A stretch of 45,067 nt of DNA, taken from contig JAUCBJ010008651.1 in assembly GCA_032718475.1 (NCBI GenBank), forward strand, positions 1-45,067, given 5' to 3'. The translations under genes were made by a program, and so were the position numbers. A model generated the notes under the pieces. The model searched no databases, had not been told where the DNA came from, and saw only the letters and a list, made by a program, of their open reading frames with translations. This document shows positions 1-11,636 of this stretch, one piece after another. The DNA comes from Nemertoderma westbladi (lineage: Eukaryota; Animalia; Xenacoelomorpha). How positions within the stretch are numbered: the stretch's first letter is position 1; each line of letters opens with the position of its first letter.

Positions 1-410
1 TTACTCTTGAGTGTGAAATCGGATTAGCTAATAATTTCTACATGGCTTGCCCTTGAGTCAGATTGACACATGCCACTCAAAATGTAAAAATCACATTATT
101 AGTAGTTGAGGCTAGCTGGAATGTTACAATTACAGTGTGTTGTATGATCGCCTCATTAATAAAAAACACAACAGAACTGACGATCCATACACCCTGACAT
201 TCCATTTGTTAATTTTACACCCGTAAGTGTATACCTACATACATATTTATAGCCTTAAACAAACATTGCTCTTAGAAGGTTCTCCCTACAAATTAGCTGC
301 TATCGCTGTGAGTTTCTCAAGCAATAATTTTGTTATGAATTATTAATGTGTTACTCGTAATGATTATTTCTGGGTTTGGGTGGCAGCCCAGTAGCACTAC
401 GGCAACGTAC

Positions 411-562
411 ATGGTGAATGAATCAGTTGCGTTTACAAACAACCAAACCGAGGCAACAGCGTCCCGACCCCCAGCCCAATGGTCAATGTTAGTTTTAGGG
501 GTGATCAGCGTTGCTACAATCTTTGGAAATGTCTTGGTCTGTCTTGCAATATGCAAGGAAAA
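411..562 (+). CDS. HTR2: Aminergic GPCR (5-HT2-like serotonin receptor), coding exon with N-terminus and TM1
   Basis: MVNESVAFTNNQTEA...WSMLVLGVISVATIFGNVLVCLAICKE has two N-glycosylation sequons (NES, NQT) and a TM1 with the class-A GN motif. It ends at the donor AA|GTGAGT (563, phase 2). The start codon is uncertain and an upstream exon is possible. Confidence 0.8.
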
Positions 563-1250
563 GTGAGTTTGATTATAATATTATTATTAACTAATATTAT
601 GATAATGGTCACTGATCATAATACTATGTAAGCATTACGTAATACTCTAGTCGAAACTGAAACACGAAATTTAATTTTTTAAATACTGTGCACTTGATAA
701 ATGATAATGTTATCCGTTTTCACTTAACTATCACATAACCTGATAATTGTTATGCAATTTGCAAGTTAATTTAATTTCATGAATGCTTACATTGACTGAA
801 TTATTATTATTGTTATTATAATTAAAGAAACACTCTGAACAGCTTCAAATCCTTACAGCCTTTGATCCTTCCATAGTCGATAACATTGGGAAGCATGGTA
901 ACTCTGGATGCCAGATTACATTTAAACATGGAAGATTACGCATCGCCTTGGAAGATTGGAGGGATGGGGGGGGGGGGGGGGGGCTTGGGTGCTGGGTTGC
1001 AATCAAAATTCATCCCTCCCCATGGGAAGGGAAAATCGATTGAAATAACAGCTGATTGCTCTCAAAAATAAAACTGTAACGTGTTCTATTCTTGCGGATC
1101 GAATGAGAATATTCTTAATTCTGTGGGATAATTAGAACCACCATTGCATTTGTTCTGTTCCACTATGCTGTTTCCATAGCACCTACCTCAAATAAATTGG
1201 CGTTTGCGTTTCAAATGAGACAAATATGAGCTCTATAATAAAAATGGATT

Positions 1251-1341
1251 GAGGGTGGAGTGAGGTGGAGTGGGTTGTGGGGTGGAGTGGGGTGGAGTGG
1301 GGTGGAGTGGGTTGTGGGGTGGAGTGGGGTGGAGTGAGGGT
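1251..1341. repeat. G-rich 10-bp tandem repeat (GGGGTGGAGT / GGGTTGT variants)
   Basis: About 9 imperfect copies read directly from the sequence. Confidence 0.85.
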
Positions 1342-2999
1342 GAATTAAATATATATAATGACAGTACGATGATGTTCTCCATAGTGAAAAATATCAACTG
1401 ACCCTCAAACGAGGGCGTTTTTATAATCACCCTAATGCATACATATGGATGACAGCCACCTATGATGGTAATGAAGTGACATTTACTATTTATTTCCGGA
1501 AAATTCGATCTTCGAATTTTCAGTGGTGAAAAATAGATCTGAGTTTTCAGAGATAGATTCATAATGGAGGCAATTTTAATAGGCCTAGCAATTTGTTTAT
1601 CAGACTAGAAAGAATATTGACTATTATCTGATCAGCTGTTAGCTGATCCTCACAGCACTGACAGCTAGATGATCCACTCAAAGATGATCCACTCTCTAAG
1701 TCTTTAAATTTCAATATCGACTTTTCATAAAATAAAATAAAAATAGAAAATGTCCCTCCATTAAATTTATGTACAGTACTCACGATTATTTGTAAACAAA
1801 CGCGAACACCAATTGGATGTCGATTACTGCTGCAGCATCGGTAGCCCATCACCGAAATTACACGCAATAAGTATCTCCAAAGCTTCCCCTTTTAACCTCC
1901 ATAAATTATGTTCTGGCTGAATGAATTTCTTCACAACCCTCCGGCATCAAATGTAATTACTTTTCAAATCCGAGTCACTCCGGTGCAACGGAGCAAGGAA
2001 AACTAGGCGCTAATGGCGAGAAAACGAAATCAGCCCACATTCTGTTCCAATGCGAGGGACATGTGACAGTTAGGGAATTAAAGGATGAATACAGTGTTAT
2101 TTGGTTCTACAGGGATGAGTTACATAGCGATGGCAGTGTGTAAATCGATTTATATAGATGGCAATAGGCAGGACATTGGGAAGCCTAATTTCAATAATGT
2201 ATCTGCTGGTCGAAATCAATATAATTTTATTAAGATGCAGAGGTGCCAATTCACCTAAACCTTTGATGAGGCTTGGGAAATAACCAATCCGGTTTTGTAT
2301 CAAAATCATTGATCAAAATTTTTCTGAGAAATCTAAATTTAAAATATGTATAAATATTTAATAATTAACATAATTAATTAGCCTATTTGTAGGTAATCGG
2401 GCCTTTCCACCTGTTTAAACTATCTATGAACAAAAGCATTTCATTGTGATATAACAAATAAAAAATGAACCATTGATTTAAATTATCAAAAATGTCATTT
2501 GCTAAATTGCAACCTTCATATCGCCACCATTCTTCCTTATTCCTTATTGGTGTGATTTATTTTTGCCATTACCAACTTATACACTAGAGTCACAAGAGTA
2601 CAATAGAGTCAAACCACATTACACATGCAGCGCTTACAAGTCTATTTCTGAATATATTATGATAACTTACTCGTAAGAAAAATACAATTCTATTAAGTAA
2701 TTTAAACATGTTTAACCTGTTTAAATTACTTAATAATTTATACAATCTATGGATGTTAAAACATATAGTCAATAAAATACAATACTATTTTACAAAGCCA
2801 AATTTCTCAGAACTAGAATTAACACAGATGATTTGAAATGCAAGAAGTTTTTGTGTAGAAATTTAAATAAGATTTACTAGTCACACCACAACATAGTTCA
2901 TATTACCAGAATAGAGGTAATATAATATTTATTTCCAGATCTCTACACAACCGAATATAGTACATATTACACGTAGGCTGCGACTGAGGATTGTTTGCA

Positions 3000-4500
3000 T
3001 CCCAATTAGTTCACAAAGTGTCCGCGGAACCGAGAGGATCTAATGTCGCTCTATTTAACACAAAATATGTATCATTAGCCCCGCATTAGCAATAGTGGTT
3101 GTCCTTGGCCACCACCCTTTATCCGATTGGGAACCCCAGTTCGACGAAACTCACAGTAGTTGTTTACCCATTGGTAGAAATAACTCTTGTGGAGCGACTT
3201 CAGCAACATACTGCCCCCCAAACTGGAATAAACAAATTTCTCTGGAGAAAGGCCATAAATTTTAAATAACATGCATCACAACATCTTCTCGACGTTGTGC
3301 TCATTTGCGACACACTTAGATAACGATGAATTTTGATGAATGATACTTACAAGATATGTATCCTGATTCATATTCGAAACAAGTAAAATTTCAATTTATC
3401 ATTTTGCTGAGCAATGAATGACCATAATTAGGTTCTTTTTTAAATTTAGTTTCATTCCATACTCTTTGAAATATTTTCTTAGAATATTTAATTGGGGTAT
3501 AGACAGTGTGTCTGCCTGTTGAATGAACACAGCATCATTCATAAATAGCATAGAACTTAGAAAACTAAGCCAACCATTGGTCATTGGGTGGTAATTGGTT
3601 TAGCAACCAAACTTACTTACAGTTGATCCGAATCAGTAAATCAGTAAATCCGAATATACTACTGGGTGCTCCTTGTTTTACAGTACTCACTCGGGATTCA
3701 TTAAAAAAACGTTTATACAAGAAGTTCAATGTATTACTTTAAATAGCCTTCAGAGTTCCCAACATCTTCGATCTGCAACCTAATTCTTTAAGAGCTTCAA
3801 GCAACTTAAATCTCACTACATTTTCATAGCCTTCTTCCAAGTTATCAATCGACTGGATTTTTTTCTTGGCTGAGCAGTTTATGAATCGGGGAGATAATAT
3901 CTGTTCAATACAATCCCGCATCTTTTGCCCACCTGCCTGTTCCGGAGTTGACTTGAATCATTAAGATAATCGCTGCTTAGAATCACTTCATATTGTCTCT
4001 CTAATCCATCCATTGTGGATGGATATCTCATGGTAATTCCATGGTGATAATATGTCCCTTTCTTCAACAGGAATACTAATCTAGAGGTTGCCCATTCCAC
4101 TGGTAGTATTGATCCTGAACAAATCAAATTGAACAAGATAAGAAAACAGACCATCCAATTAATGGGCAATCATCTTATAATTAATCCCTTGTGGTACTCC
4201 ATTGGGATCGCTAGCTGAACTAACTTTCATTTGCTTAACTGAGCATCCATTCATCTGCTTAATTGTTCATGCATTGTAATTAGTTAATCTAATAGGGGCA
4301 TATACACTGTCGAATGGATTGAGTTCATATTTTAAAACATATGAGGGTTCAACAGGGCTTCTATAAGCTGCTTGAATTGAACAGGTGAGGGTGTAGCTCA
4401 TCCCTAAAGAGATTATTGTTAATACGATTATGCTACCTACCATGTTTTGTTTACTCTCTCCATAGGCCGCCAATTCACAAGATCTGGTCCTCAGGGCAAA
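3000..4500 (-). mobile_element. Degenerate LINE reverse-transcriptase remnant (clade not assigned)
   Basis: Broken minus-strand frames give ASDPNGVPQG, LPVEWATSRLVFLLKKG, LLEALKELGC, VKQGAPSS, SMLFMNDAV (decayed xxDD site) and GMKLNLKK in the expected RT order, with many stops and frameshifts. Boundaries are approximate. Confidence 0.7.
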
Positions 4501-5799
4501 AATAGTCCTGCTAAGTGGAGGTGGCCCGGTTTAAATCAAGCTTTGGGAACGAATGAAGCACCTCCGATGCTGTGAAGAGTCTGTCTGGAGATGTATTCAT
4601 TGTACAATGATCCCAGCATATCATATTTATTTATTTATGTGCTACACAGATATGTGGTGTCATTAGCCAGGATAGACTATCGACTCATGTGCAGTGCACC
4701 TCTTCTGCTTCTCTAAATAATACTATTTACATACTTCTGTCTGTGCAAAGTATCTCTTTACAATGTATTAACCCGATTGGTGTCTTACAAGTAATTAAAT
4801 TCCAAAATTGTAACATTATGAATCGACTGGATGATAAACTGTGTGAAACTAATGTTGTTAAAAAGAAGTGTAATATTTTGGGTATGCATTAATGCCTCAA
4901 AATTAATTGTGCCTAATTTGGTAAAAAAAAAACACTAATGTTTGCTAATGAGTATCACAGTAAGCTGATCATGCGCGTTGTACATCAATCTCTACTGTGT
5001 ATATTTGTATTAATTAAAATTAGCAGAAATATTTCGAATATAAATCACAATGCTTTACTTAAATGCCCGCACACCATTACTATTATCCACAAAATAAATA
5101 ATTTATTGGATACTTTATTGGAAGTTTTTTCTTCAGCACAATTAGTTTTATCTGATAAATTACCTGATAATTTCTCAGCATACAATATGAGTTGGACTGG
5201 TTTGATAAGGATGCCCAGAGATCAATAATTTATGAAAAATATATCGCAAATATTGGATCATCCCACGCACAAATCGATTAGTCTGCTAAATCCAGTATAT
5301 TAACCAACACTGCTAAACACTAATGTTACCGGGACACTACACAAAATATTATCAGCAATATATGTGACAGCTAATATAAATGCATGTCTAGTCCACAACA
5401 TTGTATTTTCGGACAAAGAGTTTACTTACTGTGTTTGTCTCAAAAAAACTCTCCAAATCGATGTTGTAATATTTTTTTTTTCTTCTTATTTCAATATTAA
5501 AATTTCTGTCAAACAGCAATATCCGTTTTCATCATTTTGCTGCTATTCGATTAAAATGGAGGAAAAATCAATAGTTTCCATGTCTGAATTGGAGAAACAG
5601 GGAATGGTGGGGGGCTTGACGAAATCACATATCGGCGAATTTAAATCTCCTTCCTAACAGGAATACCAATGTTAATTAAGGGAATGGAACACGTTCGTGG
5701 TGCGTCGCGCAGCACTCGAACTTGAGCAAGTTCGAAACAAGTTCGATTTGATCTGGAGTGATGTGATAAATATCACGATTAAAAGATTTCGCGAGAAGA

Positions 5800-6150
5800 A
5801 AAATATCGAAAATATCATGAGTAAAAATATCGCAAGTAAAAATATGGCGAGTAAAAATATGGTGAGTAAAATATCGCAAGTAAAATAGTAATATATTTTT
5901 TTTCACATCTTTTTTTTTTTACTCTCGATATTTTTACTCTCGATATTTTAACTCTCGATATTTTTCAACTCTTGCTATTTTTACTCGCGATATTTTTACA
6001 CTCGATATTTTTCAATTCTCGATATTTTCAACTCTCGATATTTTTTCTCGATATTTTTACTCACGATATTTTTACTCACGATATTTTTACTCACGATATT
6101 TTTACTCACGATATTTTTACTTGGGATATTTTTCATGTCTTGATATTTTT
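5800..6150. repeat. Foldback array of a 15-bp unit (AAAAATATCGCGAGT copies facing ACTCDCGATATTTTT copies); MITE/foldback-like
   Basis: About 5-6 forward units at 5800-5887 and about 15 reverse-complement units at 5915-6150. Confidence 0.8.
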
Positions 6151-6256
6151 CAACATAACCCTATTATTTATTGCTATTTTTATTTGTAATGATATTCTAC
6201 ATTCAACAACAGCGTATAATATTTTTGCACTATCACATCATTTTTTTCATTTTCAG

Positions 6257-6360
6257 AAAACTCCAAAACATGACTAATTATTTCCTCTTGTCGTTGGCAA
6301 TAGCGGATCTCTTCGTGGCTATTCTTGTGATGCCTCTAGCGGTTATGGTGCTGGTTATAG
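6257..6360 (+). CDS. HTR2: 5-HT2-like receptor, next coding exon (ICL1 and TM2)
   Basis: Polypyrimidine acceptor TTTTCAG|A at 6256/6257. The phase joins the previous exon to give CKEKKLQNMTNYFLLSLAIADLFVAILVMPLAVMVLVIG, closely resembling vertebrate 5-HT2 EKKLQNATNYFLMSLAIAD. Donor G|GTAAAT at 6361. Confidence 0.85.
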
Positions 6361-7784
6361 GTAAATTATTATATTTCGCTAATATTTCGTAAATTAGTTC
6401 CAATATATTATTATTTTTCATTCTTTAATTATAACATTTACATAAATCAGCCACACCGCCAGGATGCATTGATCACCACGCGGCACGGTAATGCAACGTT
6501 TCTCGACATGTAAATCATCTGCATATCGGTCAGTCACTGTCTTTTAGACATTTATAGGAAGGGAAAACACAGCTTGCCAACACATTGTTACTGTCTTTTA
6601 GCAGAAGATTCAGAAATGTCAATAGGTGACCACAACGTTGTTCCCTCTTAAAGGATGCCTGCAATAGAACAATATCATGTCGGATGATCTACAGGATGTT
6701 CTACCAGCAGTACCAGCTTCAGTTCTACCGCAGTGGCTGCTGCTCTCATTCATTGTCCCTGTAGTAGTTGGGATTCCTAATAATTTAACGAAGTTTCACA
6801 CATACTATTTTTTTTTTTTTTACATACAATTATCACTAATTTTAAATTAGCAATTAATCCTATTCATTAATCCTGCATATTATTCTTGCGTATGTAGCAA
6901 GCCATCTAAGGTTTTATGGGGTAAGACCCCCAGGAGGATAAGCACAAGCTTTTCTGATTTTCCCGAAGTTTACATAAGCAAAAACCAGAGGCGTAGCGAT
7001 CCCTTCTAGCGCACAGGGGAATGCCCCCCCCCCCCCCCCCCCCTTTCAATAAGTTTAAATTTTCTTTTATGACGTTGTTTTCTTAAATATTATACATCTA
7101 ACAGTGTACTGTATATATAACTATATCAAATCTATTTTACACAAGTTTGATATAGTGTAGTGCACTTATATTATATAGACTGGCGAGCGAAGCGAATATA
7201 ATCCGACTAATCCGGAACTAATCCGACCGAAGTTGTTCCAACTGTCAATAATACAAAATCTGTTCCAGGGGGGAAAATTAAAAACAAAAAGAAAAAAAAA
7301 ACATCAGAAAAAATATATCTCCAAACAAACCGGGCGGGGAATTTAAAATGATAATTGAACTGACAATTTGACTGAAAATTCTTTACTTCGGCTTTCATTG
7401 TTGTAGTTTGTAACTGTTGTAGTTGGCAAGTTGGTCGAAAGAAAAAGGCGCTTAACCAAATTCCTTCAGTTTCTCCTTTATTATTTTTGTTTACACGAAG
7501 CACGATACAATTTATCTTATTTGCTATGCAGTATCTATCTAGGTTAGTAAAATGCTCACAGTTGTAGAGGTAATAGTAGTTCTTAGTCGAAACAAAAATA
7601 TAAATGGTTATTTGAGTTATTGGCAATGAGTTATTTCTTTTTCTGATAAGTTTATTATCGAATTATTATATTTATTAGGGAATTGTTAGGACAGAATATC
7701 GACGATTTATTGTAATTGTAATTCAATTTTTGATTTATAATAAATTTTAATATTTTGTTTATTATTAAAAGCTGATGGTTGTAT

Positions 7785-8422
7785 TTATTCGAGTAAATCA
7801 TAAAGCCCATCAGAGTTATTAGAGTCCACTGTTCCCACGATAGATGCGGCGTTACCCATTAAGATCGCTATTAACAGCCTCTGCAACAATCGATGGGATC
7901 GTGGCACCATGGTAGCGTTGTGGAGTCGTCTTCCTAGGTCATTCAGGAATGTTGCAGTGGCTGGTCCGGGTCCGCCAAAGGTCTCAAAGGCAACAGGAGT
8001 AAATTGATAACTACGGTCTATAAGATCCTGTTACTTTCGTATTTTTATTTTCTCCTGTTCCTGAGCAACGCGTCCTCCCTCAATCTGGCTGGTGGATAAG
8101 TGGCTTGGTGCGAGAGGGTCCACCACAGAGGCGTCCCAGGTCAATGTCTTTCCGCTCTCCCAAGGCACTAGAGTCATCCCATCCACCCGTTTACCATCTG
8201 TTCTAGAGAGGCCGGGTGGTTCTAGAATAGAGGGGATTTTATAGCTGGCTATCCACGCTTCACGATCTCATTCAACATTGAATGGCGGGCGAATCGGCCA
8301 GCAATCTTCTGGCAATAAAGGCCGTGCAGTCCATCCTCATGGACTGGGCTTCCACACCTGCTGCAGGAGTGGGGCTCGGTTAATTTGCAGCCGAGGCGGG
8401 TTGTGATTGATATGCGGAGTTG
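7785..8422 (-). mobile_element. 5'-truncated, decayed CRE-type non-LTR element (zinc finger and restriction-like endonuclease end)
   Basis: Manual translation: LRISITTRLGCKLTEPHSCSRCG...GLHGLYCQKIAGRFARHSMLNE / LEPPGLSRTDGKRVDGMTLVPWESGKTLTWDASVVDPLAPSH...PVAFETFGG...LQRLLIAILMGNAASIVGT. One frameshift and one stop. Confidence 0.85.
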
Positions 8423-10475
8423 AGAGTAAACTTAGGTTTTGTTGATTATTAATCAACACTCAACACATTCTAGAAGTCTTCGTGGTTGTATTTATAATTA
8501 TGGTTATATTACATAAACCATTTTGACATCATATTAAACAGTCAATTACCGCATATATTGCTGCACTGGCAATGATTTACGAATTATATAGGAAACACTA
8601 ACTTTAGTATTTCATTGACACACTATATTGTGCGATTTTTTTTCCAAGTAAGTACCATCAATGTAAGTTATACTGATAAGTCAGTCTGACTACCCATACG
8701 TCGGTCGTACCAAGTATAATGACGTGGTACTTGTGAATTTGAATTGCTTTAAACACCACCCACACCCCGCCCACTTGTCACAAACTGTAACGATTTTGAA
8801 ACACCCCTTAATAGAAAGGAGCACATAACAGTGGTAGTCTTTTCTATAAAATACAAATTATTTAAATATAAATTGTAGTATTGTTTTATATTTATTATTT
8901 TTATTAATCAACTAATAGCCTACACCAGCACAACTTGTAAAAGCTTTAGACCCTACAAGTCAATTTACCACGAGTTTTGCGATGGTGTAATGATTAATTT
9001 ATTCCTATTATCCCTTGATACATAAATTAAGATCATAATTTAATTGCAGGTAAGTAATATAGACAGACACTTTTATGAATAACTGAACTTCTGAATAACT
9101 TAACTACACCCATACTGCATCAGTTGTTAGCCTTCACTAATAATTTATTTTGTTACTGGTGTTTTGGGTCAATGATATAACTAATATTCCAGTTTCATTT
9201 CACATGTTAAAATTTAACTGCTGGTGCTAACCAAAAACATTAATCGTTCTTTAAATTTTTTTTTTTTTTTTTTTTTTTCCAATAACTATATTTTCATTTT
9301 AAATTTTTTTTTTTTTAGTCAAAAGTACATAATTTAATCGGTGGGTAAATATTATAAAAGTACTACTTTCAGTGTTCATAAATCACAATAAAAGTTATTT
9401 AAATAGTTTTCTCAGTTATAGCTAATTTCTTCAAATTTACATCAAGATTATATCCTAGTTGTGCTCGGAAGTTGGGTAGTTAAAAAGTGTTCTCCATTGC
9501 TAACACGTGAAACTAATTAATCGAATCACTGGCACTTGTGAAACACATCAATTATTATTTTCATTGTGGTTGATGGATATTTACAATAATTTTTATATTA
9601 TATATAGGCCAATCTCACGAGCTTGGCGAATTATCCATTTTACTTGAAAGCCATTTAATTCTCCTGTTGATGTTGGTGTGCATTTGTGACCCATTGTAAT
9701 AACTCTATTCTAATTTATTAGGTTTATATGAACGCTTTGAATCGTTCTATCATGAATAATTAAATAATATTACCAAAAGTCTTTTTAAATAAATTATATG
9801 TATTATTACCTATTGCTGTGTGATTAGGCCATGGTATCATTTCAACTGATTTTTTCATGATTATAAATGCTTTTGATTTGTTTTGTTATGAATAATGAAA
9901 TTAATTATGCCAGTTATCTTTGTAAATAAAATATTGTAAATTATTGGATAAGCGTAGCTTAATCCTTTAAACCTACATACAAAATGTAGTTTGAACATCA
10001 TTATAGAATATTCTTCGAGATTATATCTGATTGAGTGAATGGCTTTTCGGCCTGTCAATGTCTCTTATTTATCAATATTCCTTTGTCGCCCTCGTTGAAT
10101 TTGATGATTCGCCAAAGTCAGCGGGGGTTTGACCTCCCGCATCCGTACTGAACTCTACGACAATCGTTATATCTCCTCCGTTTTAATTGAGTTGTTTACT
10201 CCGAATGGTGGCTATTGTTATACAACTTGTATCTTGCCCTATTATTTTATTTATTCTTAGAGGTGGACTGTTGCTCAAAATTGCTTGAACTATATTAATT
10301 GCATCTTGTGCAACTAATTAATAGCCCTGTCAGAATGATGACCATTTTGTACAATATCCCCTATCAATTCAGAATAATCAATTTTAATCGCCTAATATTT
10401 TAGATATTTTATTTTATCAATAATTTATTACACACTGAGAAAAAATCGTAAACTTATTTTAAACATTCTAAAGTA

Positions 10476-11480
10476 AAGTACAAGTACAAGTATAAGTATA
10501 AGTATAAGTATAAGTATAAGTATAAGTATAAGTATAAGTATAAGTATAAGTATAAGTATAAGTATAAGTATAAGTATAAGTATAAGTATAAGTATAAGTA
10601 TAAGTATAAGTATAAGTATAAGTATAAGTATAAGTATAAGTATAAGTATAAGTATAAGTATAAGTATAAGTATAAGTATAAGTATAAGTATAAGTATAAG
10701 TATAAGTATAAGTATAAGTATAAGTATAAGTATAAGTATAAGTATAAGTATAAGTATAAGTATAAGTATAAGTATAAGTATAAGTATAAGTATAAGTATA
10801 AGTATAAGTATAAGTATAAGTATAAGTATAAGTATAAGTATATGTATAAGTATAAGTATAAGTATAAGTATAAGAATAAGTATAAGTATAAGTATAAGTA
10901 TAAGTATAAGTATAAGTATAAGTATAAGTATAAGTATAAGTATAAGTATAAGTATAAGTATAAGTATAAGTATAAGTAATAAGTATAAGTATAAGTATAA
11001 GTATAAGTATAAGTATAAGTATAAGTATAAGTACTATACTTATAAGTATAAGTATAAGTAATAAGTATAAGTATAAGTATAAGTATAAGTATAAGTATAA
11101 GTATAAGCATAAGTATAAGTATAAGTATAAGTACAAGTACAAGTACAAGTACAAGTACAAGTACAAGTACAAGTACAAGTACAAGTACAAGTACAAGTAC
11201 AAGTACAAGTACAAGTACAAGTACAAGTACAAGTACAAGTACAAGTACAAGTACAAGTACAAGTACAAGTACAAGTACAAGTACAAGTACAAGTACAAGT
11301 ACAAGTACAAGTACAAGTACAAGTACAAGTACAAGTACAAGTACAAGTACAAGTACAAGTACAAGTACAAGTACAAGTACAAGTACAAGTACAAGTACAA
11401 GTACAAGTACAAGTACAAGTACAAGTACAAGTACAAGTACAAGTACAAGTACAAGTACAAGTACAAGTACAAGTACAAGT
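10476..11480. repeat. Hexanucleotide microsatellite: (AAGTAC)2 (AAGTAT)~107 (AAGTAC)58
   Basis: Read directly; the switch to pure AAGTAC is at 11129. Confidence 0.97.
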
Positions 11481-11636
11481 TTAATCTGTTTCAGTATAAA
11501 CTAGCTCCGATCTAGCACCTAGTGTACCTTTGTAGTTTGCCGATAATTGGAAGCGATCCGCCCCTTGTGAGTGCTGCGGTTTAAAAGAACAGTCGCGGAC
11601 AAGGATAGTATATAGTAGAGACGACTGAATCTTTCG

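Noticed and set aside
6988-7200. AGGCGTAGCG...poly-C and GCGAGCGAAGCG motifs suggestive of MITE or Helentron ends
   Set aside because: No partner termini or boundaries could be supported.
10454-11478. Long YL/TY/YK-repeat ORFs (also 16126-16678)
   Set aside because: Translations of the hexamer microsatellite, not genes.
11481-11636. Self-cleaving ribozyme in the CRE 5' UTR
   Set aside because: Could not build an HDV-like or hammerhead core by eye; an Infernal search would be needed.
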